Origin: Candidatus Hydrogenedentota bacterium
GTDB taxonomy: Bacteria > Hydrogenedentota > Hydrogenedentia > Hydrogenedentales > SLHB01
DNA: 64,000 bases
NCBI GenBank assembly: GCA_019695095.1
Contig: JAIBAQ010000005.1
Location: 25,144 to 89,143, forward strand
Reading direction: 5' to 3'
The first letter of the stretch is position 1. Every line of letters starts with the position of its first letter. The notes below the pieces were generated by a model. It was not told the origin of the DNA. It made no database searches and saw only the letters and a list, made by a program, of their open reading frames with translations. The translations under genes were made by a program, and so were the position numbers. Shown one piece after another: positions 28,158-38,000 of this stretch.

Positions 28158-28343
28158 CCCCGGATTTTTCACGAACATACTTGAACCTCTCTCGTAACCA
28201 ATGTGTTTGCGAGACTTGCGGCGAAATACAAATCGGTTCTCCAAAAACGGAGTGTGTTCGCGAGAAATCCTCAAGGCATAACCTCAACGTCTTGCACGTG
28301 AGCATTTTGCGTCGGCGCTCAATCGCGCCAGTGCAAATTGCGG
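28158..28343 (+). repeat. Repeat family R2 copy 1 (~186 bp) with internal 17-bp inverted repeats (ggatttttcacgaacat / gtgttcgcgagaaatcc)
   Basis: About 88% identical to 56184-56369. It sits immediately 3' of ppk, between it and the acylase start. Confidence 0.85.
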
Positions 28344-28344
28344 A

Positions 28345-30360
28345 CTATTGCTGCGCGGAGAGTTTTTTCAAGTACCGATAGGTCTCGATCTGCGACCCGT
28401 GTGTGCTGGACCCATCGCGCACGTATTGGTTCGACTGAAACTCGTCCAATACACGCGCCTTATACTTGTCCGCGACTTGGAGTCCCATGACATCCACAAC
28501 CTGTTGCTGCAATTCCGGATCGTATACCGGGAATGCCGCTTCGACTCGCCAGTCAAGGTTGCGTTCCATCAAGTCAGCAGAACTGAGGTATACAAGGCGG
28601 TCCTTGCCTTTGCCGAAGATGTAGCACCGCTGGTGTTCGAGGAATCGGTCCACAATGGAAATGGCCCGGATATTCTTATGGGGCAGGACGGCATAGGTCG
28701 TGCGAACAATGAGGTCCATCTTGACGCCGGCATCGGCCGCTTTGCCCATTTTCTTCAGGATCTTGCTGTCGGTGAGGTGATTGACCTTGAGAAAGACATA
28801 ACCGTCTTCGCCTTTGGCTTTCTCGCGGGCCAGTAATTTCAGGAACATCTTGCGCGAATTGAACGGCGAGATCATGAGATGCTTGAGCTTGGGCATGGGC
28901 ATGGTGCGCATCTTGGAAGCGCCATCGAAGACTTCGAAGACTTCGTCAACTTCGGCGGCAAGCCGCTTGTCAACCGTGAGCAGCAGGCTATCGACGTAGA
29001 GCTTCCCTGTCACCTCGTTGAAGTTGCCGGTGGAAAGCCCGGCGTAAAGGACGTTGTTGCGCTTGATGAGCAACAACTTGCTATGGACCTTCATGGGGGG
29101 CATGCCGAACGTGATTCGCGCGCCCACTTCGGTGAGTTGTTCGGCGATTCGAAGGTTGTTCTTTTCGTCGAACCGCGCTTGAAGCTCGATCGATACGAAT
29201 ACTTTCTTACCGTTTCGGGCCGCGTTTATGAGCGCATTGACGATGTGGGAGTTTCGAGCGGCGCGGTAAATGCACATTTTGATTTCGTCGACTTTGGGGT
29301 CGATGGCCGCCTCGCGCAATAGACGAATTAGATGGTCGAACGATTGATACGGGTACGTAACCAGCAGGTCACGGCTCTTGATGGTTTCAAGCATTGGCTG
29401 ACGTACGCGGTCCAGCACGGGATGCGGAACGGGCGTGAGCTTCTTAAACGACATCTCGGGACGGTGATTGGGGAACTGCATGAGGTCTCGCATATTGTGG
29501 TAACGTCCGCCGCCAATTAGGGCGTCGTCCACTGTAATGCGAAGTTCCTGGCGCAGCAGTTTCAGCAATCCCGGTGGGATTTCCTCGTCATAGACGAGCC
29601 GTGTCGGGCGGCCGCCTTTTCGTTGTTGAAGAACGCGCTCCATCTTGCGCGCATAGCCTTCGCTGAAGTCGTTGTCAATGTCTAGCTGCGCGTCTCGCGA
29701 GATTTTGAATTCAAACGCTTCGATTCGTTCGTATTCAAAGATATAGAAGACTTCATTCAATTGATGACGAATCACGTCATCGATATACATGATGTTGCCG
29801 TTGGGGAGTTCGACGAAACGCGGCAAGTCGGACGGAATCTCAAGGATGGCGTAGATAGGCTTCTTTGCCCACATTTTGACGGCAAAGTACAGCGCCCCGT
29901 CATTCAACTGGGGGAATGGCTGACCGTCGCGAATAATGATTGGCACAAGGCTGGGCAGTACGTGTTCCCGGAAAAATTCCTGAAGCCACTTGGCGATACC
30001 GTCTGTACTCTTTGCTATGTCTTTCTCGGTGAGGATTCGCACGCCTTCGGCCGCCAGGGCTTTCGTGATTTCGGCGTAGGCAGCGCGGGATCGTTCGTCA
30101 AGCTCGCGCGACTTGTCCGCGATGCTTTCAAGAAGGGCCATCATGGTCTTCTCGCCGAGTTCGATTCGGCGCTGAATACTTGCGACTCGCACCTTGAAGA
30201 ACTCGTCCATGTTGGAGGAGAAGATACCCAGGAACTTAAGCCGCTCCATGAGCGGGTTCCGAGCGTCTTCGGCCTCCTGCAATACGCGTTCGTTGAAGGA
30301 GAGCGTGGAGATCTCGCGAATCTGAAAGAGGTTCTTAATGAATTGCTCTTGCGCTTTCAT
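28345..30360 (-). CDS. ppk: Polyphosphate kinase 1
   Basis: Collinear with E. coli PPK1 (LSFNERVLQEA, MDEFFKVRV, GGRYHNMRDL, VSIELQARFDE, HSKLLLIKR, LSSADLMERN). Confidence 0.95.
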   Translation of the reverse strand: MKAQEQFIKNLFQIREISTLSFNERVLQEAEDARNPLMERLKFLGIFSSNMDEFFKVRVASIQRRIELGEKTMMALLESIADKSRELDERSRAAYAEITKALAAEGVRILTEKDIAKSTDGIAKWLQEFFREHVLPSLVPIIIRDGQPFPQLNDGALYFAVKMWAKKPIYAILEIPSDLPRFVELPNGNIMYIDDVIRHQLNEVFYIFEYERIEAFEFKISRDAQLDIDNDFSEGYARKMERVLQQRKGGRPTRLVYDEEIPPGLLKLLRQELRITVDDALIGGGRYHNMRDLMQFPNHRPEMSFKKLTPVPHPVLDRVRQPMLETIKSRDLLVTYPYQSFDHLIRLLREAAIDPKVDEIKMCIYRAARNSHIVNALINAARNGKKVFVSIELQARFDEKNNLRIAEQLTEVGARITFGMPPMKVHSKLLLIKRNNVLYAGLSTGNFNEVTGKLYVDSLLLTVDKRLAAEVDEVFEVFDGASKMRTMPMPKLKHLMISPFNSRKMFLKLLAREKAKGEDGYVFLKVNHLTDSKILKKMGKAADAGVKMDLIVRTTYAVLPHKNIRAISIVDRFLEHQRCYIFGKGKDRLVYLSSADLMERNLDWRVEAAFPVYDPELQQQVVDVMGLQVADKYKARVLDEFQSNQYVRDGSSTHGSQIETYRYLKKLSAQQ

Positions 30361-30646
30361 GGACGTGTTCCGGGATCTGGCTTACGCCAGCTCGGTTTCT
30401 CCCCAATAAAGGACCGTCGTCATCAAGGTTCGCCGTGCTTTCATGGAATGCATACTTGCTCTGCGTGCAGCAAGAAGTCACTATAACAAATAGGGAGGAT
30501 ACGGGTCATCTTGGCGGAAATGTGCCTGATTCGGGGCTGCGCGCAGGGCTGATCCGATTCTGAGCGCGTGGGTGCAAGCGCTGTTCTCGGCAAGTAATTG
30601 CCGGCCGGTTGACGTTCGAAGGCGCACGCCGTAAACTCCTCCGGTT

Positions 30647-31912
30647 ATGTTGAAAGCGCATCATCGTTGTTATCTGGCAGCCTTCCTGCTCGACTTTGCC
30701 GTATCGTCCGGATTTACGGCGTTTCCGTTCTTCATCTTTGACCACCTTGGGGGCGATGCCCGCATGTCAGGATGGATATCGGCGATTCAATCCGCGTGTT
30801 ACGGGGCCGTATGCATCCTCTCGTCGACTTTTGTCGGCCGTGCGCGAAACGGATTGATCTGGGCACAAATAGGAAGCTTGGGATATGCCCTCATTTTCCC
30901 GGCTGCGATACTTTTCCGGAATCCGATCATCATCGCGGCCATGACGATTGCAGGCGTCACGTGCATGGCCTTGTTCTGGCCGGCCCTTCAGTCCTGGATC
31001 GGTTCAGTGCCGGATCTTCGCTTACGCTCACGCCGCATTGCGCACTACAACATTTCGTGGAGCCTGGGTCTTGCCACTTCCCCGTTACTGGCCGGTCCTC
31101 TGTACGATATGCACTACTCCTTGCCGTTTGTGCTCGTGTTTGTGTCGGCACTGCTTTCGTTCGCTCTGGTGATGTCCTTGCCGCATGAGCTGTCTTACTT
31201 CGGCGCTGCCACGCCGGAGGACTTAAGCTCGCGCGCCGAGCACACCGCGATTAGCGAGGCCCACCTTCATTGCACGTGGCTGGCCAGCTTTGTAGGCTGG
31301 GCGATGGTGGGCGTGATGCGGTCGGTCTTTCCGAAGCGTGTTCACGAGCTGGCCGCTAACCACGATCTTGTTGTACTTTTCGGGAGCATGTCTTGGGAAC
31401 GCCTTAACCTGGGACCGGCCACTCAGACGTCGTGGTTGATCCTGATGCTGTACGCTTCGCGCGTCATAACGACGTTGGACATGGGACACCGGCATACGTG
31501 GCATCACAAGTTTCGAATACTCGTCGTCTGGCAGATTGCGGCCGCGTTGGCGTTTCTGGGACTGGGCATCTCCCACAGCCTGTTCGTGATGGCCATATGC
31601 TGCCTGATTATCGGAGCAAACGGGGCCGTTTCGTTCTTTGCCAGTCTGTATTACAGCGTTGCCAACCCCGCATTCAGGCACGGGCGAACCGCCATTCATG
31701 AGGGCATGGTTGGTGTGGGCGGATTCGTGGGTTCCGTGGCATTCGGTGAACTCGCGAGCAGGCTTGGCACGTCGTGGCCATTCGTGTATACGCCGGTATT
31801 TGTTGCGGTATGTCTGGCAGGGCAATGGCTTCTATTTCGTAGGGGCATGGAGAGACTTCACCGCTCACAGAGTGAGTTGGGAGACTCCGACTCGTCCCGA
31901 AACTGGACGTAA
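30647..31912 (+). CDS. MFS transporter
   Basis: About 12 predicted TM helices. MFS-like architecture of 421 aa. Confidence 0.65.
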   Translation: MLKAHHRCYLAAFLLDFAVSSGFTAFPFFIFDHLGGDARMSGWISAIQSACYGAVCILSSTFVGRARNGLIWAQIGSLGYALIFPAAILFRNPIIIAAMTIAGVTCMALFWPALQSWIGSVPDLRLRSRRIAHYNISWSLGLATSPLLAGPLYDMHYSLPFVLVFVSALLSFALVMSLPHELSYFGAATPEDLSSRAEHTAISEAHLHCTWLASFVGWAMVGVMRSVFPKRVHELAANHDLVVLFGSMSWERLNLGPATQTSWLILMLYASRVITTLDMGHRHTWHHKFRILVVWQIAAALAFLGLGISHSLFVMAICCLIIGANGAVSFFASLYYSVANPAFRHGRTAIHEGMVGVGGFVGSVAFGELASRLGTSWPFVYTPVFVAVCLAGQWLLFRRGMERLHRSQSELGDSDSSRNWT

Positions 31913-31999
31913 GGTACGTCCACTCTACAGATCGCGTTTGCTTGCCATCAGAGTGTAGAATCACTCCTGAGTTTGTAAGCCTATTGGGGAGAACATGCC

Positions 32000-33601
32000 A
32001 TGCGTTCCGTCATTTCCTTTTTCACCGCCGTGCTTCTGTTGTCCGTTTCCGCCGTTGCGCAAGGGGGCATGGTTTCCATCTCCAAAGAGAAGTTTCTGGA
32101 CAAGTGCAAGGGTGCATGGGCGGGCCAGATGATAGGCGTATGCTATGGCGCGCCGTACGAATTCGTGTCCAACGCCAAGCCCATTACCGACCCCATGAAG
32201 GAATGGAAGCCTGACCGCATCGAAGGCTCGATCGGGCAAGATGATCTGTATGTCGAGATGACGTTTCTCAAAGCACTCGAGGACTATGGTCTTGGGATTT
32301 CCTACGAGCAGGCGGGGAAAGCGTTTGGCGAATCCAAGTACGATTTGTGGCACGCGAACTACTTTGGACGCGAGAACATCCGCAGAGGCATCATGCCACC
32401 AATGTCGGGACATCCTTTGTACAATCGGCACGCGGACGATATCGATTTTCAGATTGAGGCTGACCTGTTTGGCATTCTTTGCCCGGGGTTGCCGCACGAG
32501 TCCAACCAGTTATGCGACATCTTCGGCCGGATCATGAACTACGGTGATGGGTTGTACGGAGGCATGTTCGTGGCGGGCATGTATACGGCAGCATATTTCG
32601 AAGACAACGACGTCAACAAAGTGATCCAGGCAGGATTGGCGTGCATTCCAAAAGACTCCGAATTTCACCGGTGCATCTCTGACGTTGTTGCCTGGCACAA
32701 AGAGAACCCCGGCGACTGGTTGGCCACATGGAAGAAGATTGAGGAGAAGTGGCAGGACGACGTGGATTGCAGTCCCGGAAATGTGTTCAACATCGATGCG
32801 AAATTGAACGCGGCCTACATCGTCATGGGATTGGTCTACGGAGAAGGCGACATGACGAAGACCGTCGAAGTCTCGACGCGTTGCGGTCAAGATGCCGACT
32901 GCAACCCATCCAATGCAGCGGGGGTACTGGGTTGCATGAAGGGATTCGCCGCGCTCGGCGATCACTTCACGGGTGGCATCCCTGCGATGGGCGACACGAA
33001 GTTTGCTTTTACGGACTACTCTTTTAATTCGCTCATCCCCGTGTCGCAGCGCATCACGGAGAACATAATCCAGAGCGTGGGCGGTCAGATTACGGACAAG
33101 ACTTATGAAATACCGCTGCAACAACCGTCTGAGCCAATCGTTGTGGAACAGTGGGTTCACCAGAAGGAGATGCTGTCGCAGGCTATATCTCAGACGGAGT
33201 TGAGTCTGTGGAATCCGGCGTGGCGTGTCGTAGCCTGCGGGACTGACATGGAGCCGGGTATACACGGCAGAGAATACGGCCGCACCAACGTACTTGTTCT
33301 GCATCCCGTTGACGAGAAGACACCGGCGGTGATGACAGCCAGCTACAAGGTTGCGTCAAGTGGCAGTCCGAAGCTTGTGGTGGACGCAGCCTCCGACAAA
33401 CGCGGCAACTTCGCGCTGCGCATCCTCGTCAACGGCCAGCCGATGATCGAAGAGCCGATCGACACCAAGGGTGAATGGAAGACGGTCACCGTGGATTTGA
33501 TGCCCTACACGGGCAAGACGATTGACGTGCGCGTGGAAGTGTGCGCGACGGGATGGTCGTTTGAGGCCGCATACATCGCGAAAGCGGCCTTTGAATCCTA
33601 G
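32000..33601 (+). CDS. Secreted ADP-ribosylglycohydrolase-family protein with C-terminal extension
   Basis: Signal peptide MRSVISFFTAVLLLSVSAVAQG. ARH-family motifs (KGAWAGQMIGVCYGAPYEF, DDIDFQIEADLFG, GQDADCNPSNAAGVLG). About 150 extra C-terminal residues. Confidence 0.7.
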   Translation: MRSVISFFTAVLLLSVSAVAQGGMVSISKEKFLDKCKGAWAGQMIGVCYGAPYEFVSNAKPITDPMKEWKPDRIEGSIGQDDLYVEMTFLKALEDYGLGISYEQAGKAFGESKYDLWHANYFGRENIRRGIMPPMSGHPLYNRHADDIDFQIEADLFGILCPGLPHESNQLCDIFGRIMNYGDGLYGGMFVAGMYTAAYFEDNDVNKVIQAGLACIPKDSEFHRCISDVVAWHKENPGDWLATWKKIEEKWQDDVDCSPGNVFNIDAKLNAAYIVMGLVYGEGDMTKTVEVSTRCGQDADCNPSNAAGVLGCMKGFAALGDHFTGGIPAMGDTKFAFTDYSFNSLIPVSQRITENIIQSVGGQITDKTYEIPLQQPSEPIVVEQWVHQKEMLSQAISQTELSLWNPAWRVVACGTDMEPGIHGREYGRTNVLVLHPVDEKTPAVMTASYKVASSGSPKLVVDAASDKRGNFALRILVNGQPMIEEPIDTKGEWKTVTVDLMPYTGKTIDVRVEVCATGWSFEAAYIAKAAFES

Positions 33602-33620
33602 CCAAGCCAGGACGTGTGAA

Positions 33621-34931
33621 TTAGGGGCGTGCGCTCTTGAAGTACGCTTCGGCGGACGCACCAAGCCATGCCACCTGTTCTATCGCGTCGGCTGAGCGTT
33701 CCGCACCATTCGTTTCGCGGACCTGTTGACCGAATCTCTGCGCGCATTCCCGAAATGAAGGTTCTTCGACGACTCGTTTGAGCGCCTGCGCCAAGGCGTA
33801 TCCGCTTATTTTGCGGGGCTTGGGTGCAGCCAGGCAAAAGCCATGACGCACCGCGTGGCGAACCACAAGCTCTTGCTCGAGATGGGCCGGCACGGCCACC
33901 ATGGGCACACCGGCGGCGAGACCTTGGTACATCGTGCCGTTGCCTCCGTGGTAGACCATTGCGGCGCAATGCCGGAGAATGTCTCCTCCGTGAGCGAACT
34001 CGGCAAAGCGAAAGTTTGCGGGGGCCTGTTGCATGGTGTCTTTGCTGACTTGACCACCCGTAGTGACCAGGAATCGATACGGAAGCTTGCCCAACGCTTC
34101 GTAGGTACGATTCAAGAACGTATCGAAAATGCCAGTCGACCCCATGGACACGTAGATATTGGGCGTACCGTCGTCTAGTTCATCCATCCATTCCGGGGGC
34201 GGCGCGGGATGATCGAATAGGATGGGGCCGACCGTATGGTAATGCGGGCAACGCGGCGACGGATCATACAGCGTGGGGAGATCGGGAGAGAGAATCGGAA
34301 TAGAGCATAGCAGTCGCATGGCATTGACCGGCTTGACGCCGTGGCGTTTGTACACCCTACGCCGCATGGGCTCCAGGTTCCAACGGTCCCACGAACGCAG
34401 GTGCATGCGGTAGTACGGATTCGAGTTGATGTGATCGAGGAAGTAGGCGCCCTGCACACAAGCAACGGGGATTCCGGTGATGTAGGCGGAGGTGCTGGCA
34501 GACACCGAACTGTCGCCGACGACAATGTCCGGTTTCTCCCGCCGGATGATCTCGACGTGGGACTCAATGATTTCGTGAAGCGGCGCCCAACGCGAAACAA
34601 AGGTCAGGTCGATCGATGTCTTGAACCAGCCGTGCTTGATAAACCTGTCCCACACGTACGGGTGATTGGGTTCCGGCGCGACGACGTGCCGAAAATCCGC
34701 CTGCCTCACCAGGCTCATCTTGGAACGTGGAGTAGACGCATCAACCCCCACGAAGAACACTTCGTGACCACGCGCCCTGAGGACTTTGGCAATTTCGATA
34801 GGGCGAACCGTGTGAGCCAGCACGTAGCTCAAGGGGATAAACATGACCTTGAGGCGGCGGCCCGGATTGGCACGGGCGGAAGTGGTATCGCTATCGACCG
34901 CTGATGATCTGGCAGCTAACGCAGATTTCAT
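33621..34931 (-). CDS. Glycosyltransferase family 1, MGT/UDP-glycosyltransferase type (GT-B); alternative start at 34844 (MFIPLS)
   Basis: MFIPLSYVLAHTVRPIEIAKVLRARGHEVFFVG N-terminal acceptor domain. A C-terminal UDP-sugar binding region (HGGNGTMYQGLAAGVPMVAVPAHLEQ). Convergent with the ARH gene, with 20 bp between stops. Confidence 0.7.
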   Translation of the reverse strand: MKSALAARSSAVDSDTTSARANPGRRLKVMFIPLSYVLAHTVRPIEIAKVLRARGHEVFFVGVDASTPRSKMSLVRQADFRHVVAPEPNHPYVWDRFIKHGWFKTSIDLTFVSRWAPLHEIIESHVEIIRREKPDIVVGDSSVSASTSAYITGIPVACVQGAYFLDHINSNPYYRMHLRSWDRWNLEPMRRRVYKRHGVKPVNAMRLLCSIPILSPDLPTLYDPSPRCPHYHTVGPILFDHPAPPPEWMDELDDGTPNIYVSMGSTGIFDTFLNRTYEALGKLPYRFLVTTGGQVSKDTMQQAPANFRFAEFAHGGDILRHCAAMVYHGGNGTMYQGLAAGVPMVAVPAHLEQELVVRHAVRHGFCLAAPKPRKISGYALAQALKRVVEEPSFRECAQRFGQQVRETNGAERSADAIEQVAWLGASAEAYFKSARP

Positions 34932-35000
34932 GAAACGTCCGTACTGATATGCCTTGATGCCGATTCGGCAGGCTGTAAATGGATCCGATTATTCCGCGGT

Positions 35001-38000
35001 TCAGGCGTGAATGTTGGCCTCTCGCTCGCGCACGGCCCTTCGAGGTTGAGCCGGCGAAAGAGCGTCCAGCGCTGCCCGGACCTGGATTGCAAGTTCTTTG
35101 GCGTTGGGATCTATAAGCATCGTGATATGGTTGCCCGGTGCTGAGGCCACATCGACGGGTTGCGTAGAATATCGCTTCCAGCCGAGCGTCGGATCTCCGA
35201 AAAGACGACGCAACAGACCTGAACGGCGCGCCAGCGAGAAGGAATCCGCCCAAACATAAGGCAAGCCGCCCAAAACGGCGCGCCAATTCTGGCGTAAGGC
35301 CCGCCAGAACATGACTATTGTGTGCTGCTTGGCTCCGCGCGGAATCGAAGTGAAGAGCTCGCGCGTGTGTACGAATACCACTTTGCCGTCGAACACCGGC
35401 GGGGCATATTTGACGGCGGCGTTGCTCGTCATCTTGACGTTTTCCACCAGACCGTGAATGGCTCCGGGGCCCGAATTCGGAGGCACAAACCCAACCTTCT
35501 TCAACGAATCCAACACGGCCTCGTATTGTTCGTCAACAGGCAGGCGCTTGAGCGTCGAGTACGAAATGTCAAAACGTGTCTGGAAGAAGAATTCAACCAG
35601 CATGAGAACGCACGCCAGCCAGAATGCATCGTCGGCAGTAGCCTGACATGCTGAATAGACCTGCGCTGCCTTCTGGGCGGGCAGCGGGGCAATGCTGTCC
35701 AACAGCACAACTGCGCCGACTTCGCAGCCTTCAGCCTTAAGCAGACGCGCAAGTTCGAGCGCGACGACACCACCGGAAGAGTGGCCGCCCAAGTAGTAGG
35801 GACCTTCGGGCTGCACTGCCCTAACCGCGCTCACGTAGTGCCGCGCCGTCTCCTCGATGGAATCGAACACAACGCGCGCGCCGTTGACACTGGGCGCTTG
35901 TATGCCATAGAAGGGGCGGTCTTCGCCCATGTGCTTGGCCAAGGCCATGTAGCAGAACACGGTGCCCGGAGCAGGATGCACGCAGAAGAACGGTGGTTTC
36001 GAACCGCGCGGTTGAATCGGCACAATTACGGGAACCGGTTCGTCGGTGGCCTGATTGCGCAGCACGGCCGCCATCTGCTCGATTGTTGGCGATTCGAAGA
36101 GAGCCGTCGGAGGGACAAGACGGTCGAACTTCTGAAGGATCTGATCCATCAGATACACGGCGGACAGTGAATGACCGCCCAGATCGAAGAAGTTGTCCGT
36201 GACTCCAATAGGCCGGACATCGAATACCTGCTCCCAAATGTGCACGAGTTCCAGTTCGACCGCATCGCGCGGGAGCACAACCGGGCCACGCATATTTCGG
36301 TCTTCGCGTTCCGGCTGCGGCAGGGCTTTTAAGTCCACCTTGCCATTGGGGGTCATCGGGAGTTCGTCAAGCACGACGAACGCGGATGGAATCATGTACT
36401 CAGGCAGCAGTTTCTTAAGCTGCGATTTCAGTTCGCCATTGAACGACTTGTTGCGTTCGCGCGGAACGATGTACGCGACCAGTTGACGGTCTTGCGGAAC
36501 GTCTTCGCGCGCCATGACCACCGTTTCGGCGACATCCGGATGATCCTGCAAGACCGATTCGATCTCGCCGAGTTCGATGCGGTACCCGCGAATCTTCACT
36601 TGATGATCGGTTCGCCCGATAAACTCTAGGTTACCGTCCATGCGGTACCGTACGATGTCGCCTGTTCTGTAGAGGCGCTCGCCGGGGATCTGCGCGAACG
36701 GGTTGGGCACAAACCGATCTTCGGTGAGTTCAGGGCGGTTCAGATAGCCGCGGGCCAATCCCACGCCGCCGATATAGAGTTCACCGGCGACGCCAAATGG
36801 GGCGGGCCGCATGCGGTCGTCCAATACAAATACCTGCATATTGGCAATTGGCTTGCCAATGGCGGGCGCTTCCGTGCCGTCGCCGTCGTACTGTGCCGCG
36901 GTCACGTAAACGGATGTCTCCGTCGGACCGTATGCGTTGATGAAGCGGCGGCTGGCAGCCCATTGCGCGGCCAGTGCAGGCGGACAGGCTTCTCCGCCGA
37001 CGATAACCGTCTTCAAATCGGGCAAATCTTCCGGCGACAAGGTCTTCAGATACGACGGAGTCAGCAAGACCACGTTCACATTGTGTTGCTGAAGCAGGCC
37101 GCGCAATTCGCGAGACGAGGTGACCGTCTCTTTGCTGGCGAGGCACAAAGTGCTTCCGGCGCAGAGTGTGGGGAAAATCTCCATCGCCGACGCGTCGAAA
37201 CTCATCGAAGCGAACTGCAGCACGCGGTCGCCGACGCTGAGTTTCGCGAGGTCGCGTGCATTCAGAGCCATGTTTGTTAGGCCGCGATGTTCGATCATCA
37301 CGCCCTTGGGGAGGCCCGTGGAACCCGAGGTATAGATAACGTATGCAAGATTCGTTGAAGACGCGCCGGGCTCCGGATTTCGACCATCGCATTGCGCAAT
37401 TGCAGCCCAATCCGAATCGATGCACACCACGCGGGCTCCGCTCTTGGGCAGGGCCGACAGAATTCCGCTCTGGGTGACAAGTACCGGAGTCTTTGTGTCG
37501 TCGAGGAAGAACTTCAAGCGTTCGTGGGGATAGCTGGGGTCCATGGGCACGTAGGCGCCGCCCGCCTTCATGATGCCCAGTATTCCCACAATCATCTCGG
37601 TCGAACGCTCCACACACAATCCAACGACCGTTTCAGAAGTGACTCCAAGAGTTCGGAGATAATGAGCGAGGCGATTGGCGCGCTCGTTCAACTCCGCGTA
37701 CGTCGTCCGTTCTTCGCCATACAGTAGGGCGATGGCATCGGGATGCTTGGCTGCCGTTTCTTCGAACAGACCGACCACGGTACGGTCCAAGGGCAGGCCG
37801 ACGGCCGTATCATTGAACTCCACAACGAGACGACGAAGTTCGTCTTCTCCCACCAGCGAGACTTGGGAGACCGCCAATTCCGGATTCGCGATCATCGCAT
37901 CCAGGACATTGTCGATGTGACGAATGGCGAGAGTCTGTAGGGCGTCATCAAAATAGGCCCGATTGAAATCGAAGCCAATTCCGAAACTCTCGTTCACGGG

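Noticed and set aside
28118-28381. 87-aa ORF and its look-alike at 56092-56373
   Set aside because: Peptide similarity (CVREKSS.HNLNVLHVS.LRRRSIAP) merely reflects the R2 DNA repeat. They sit in intergenic 3' regions and lack an RBS.
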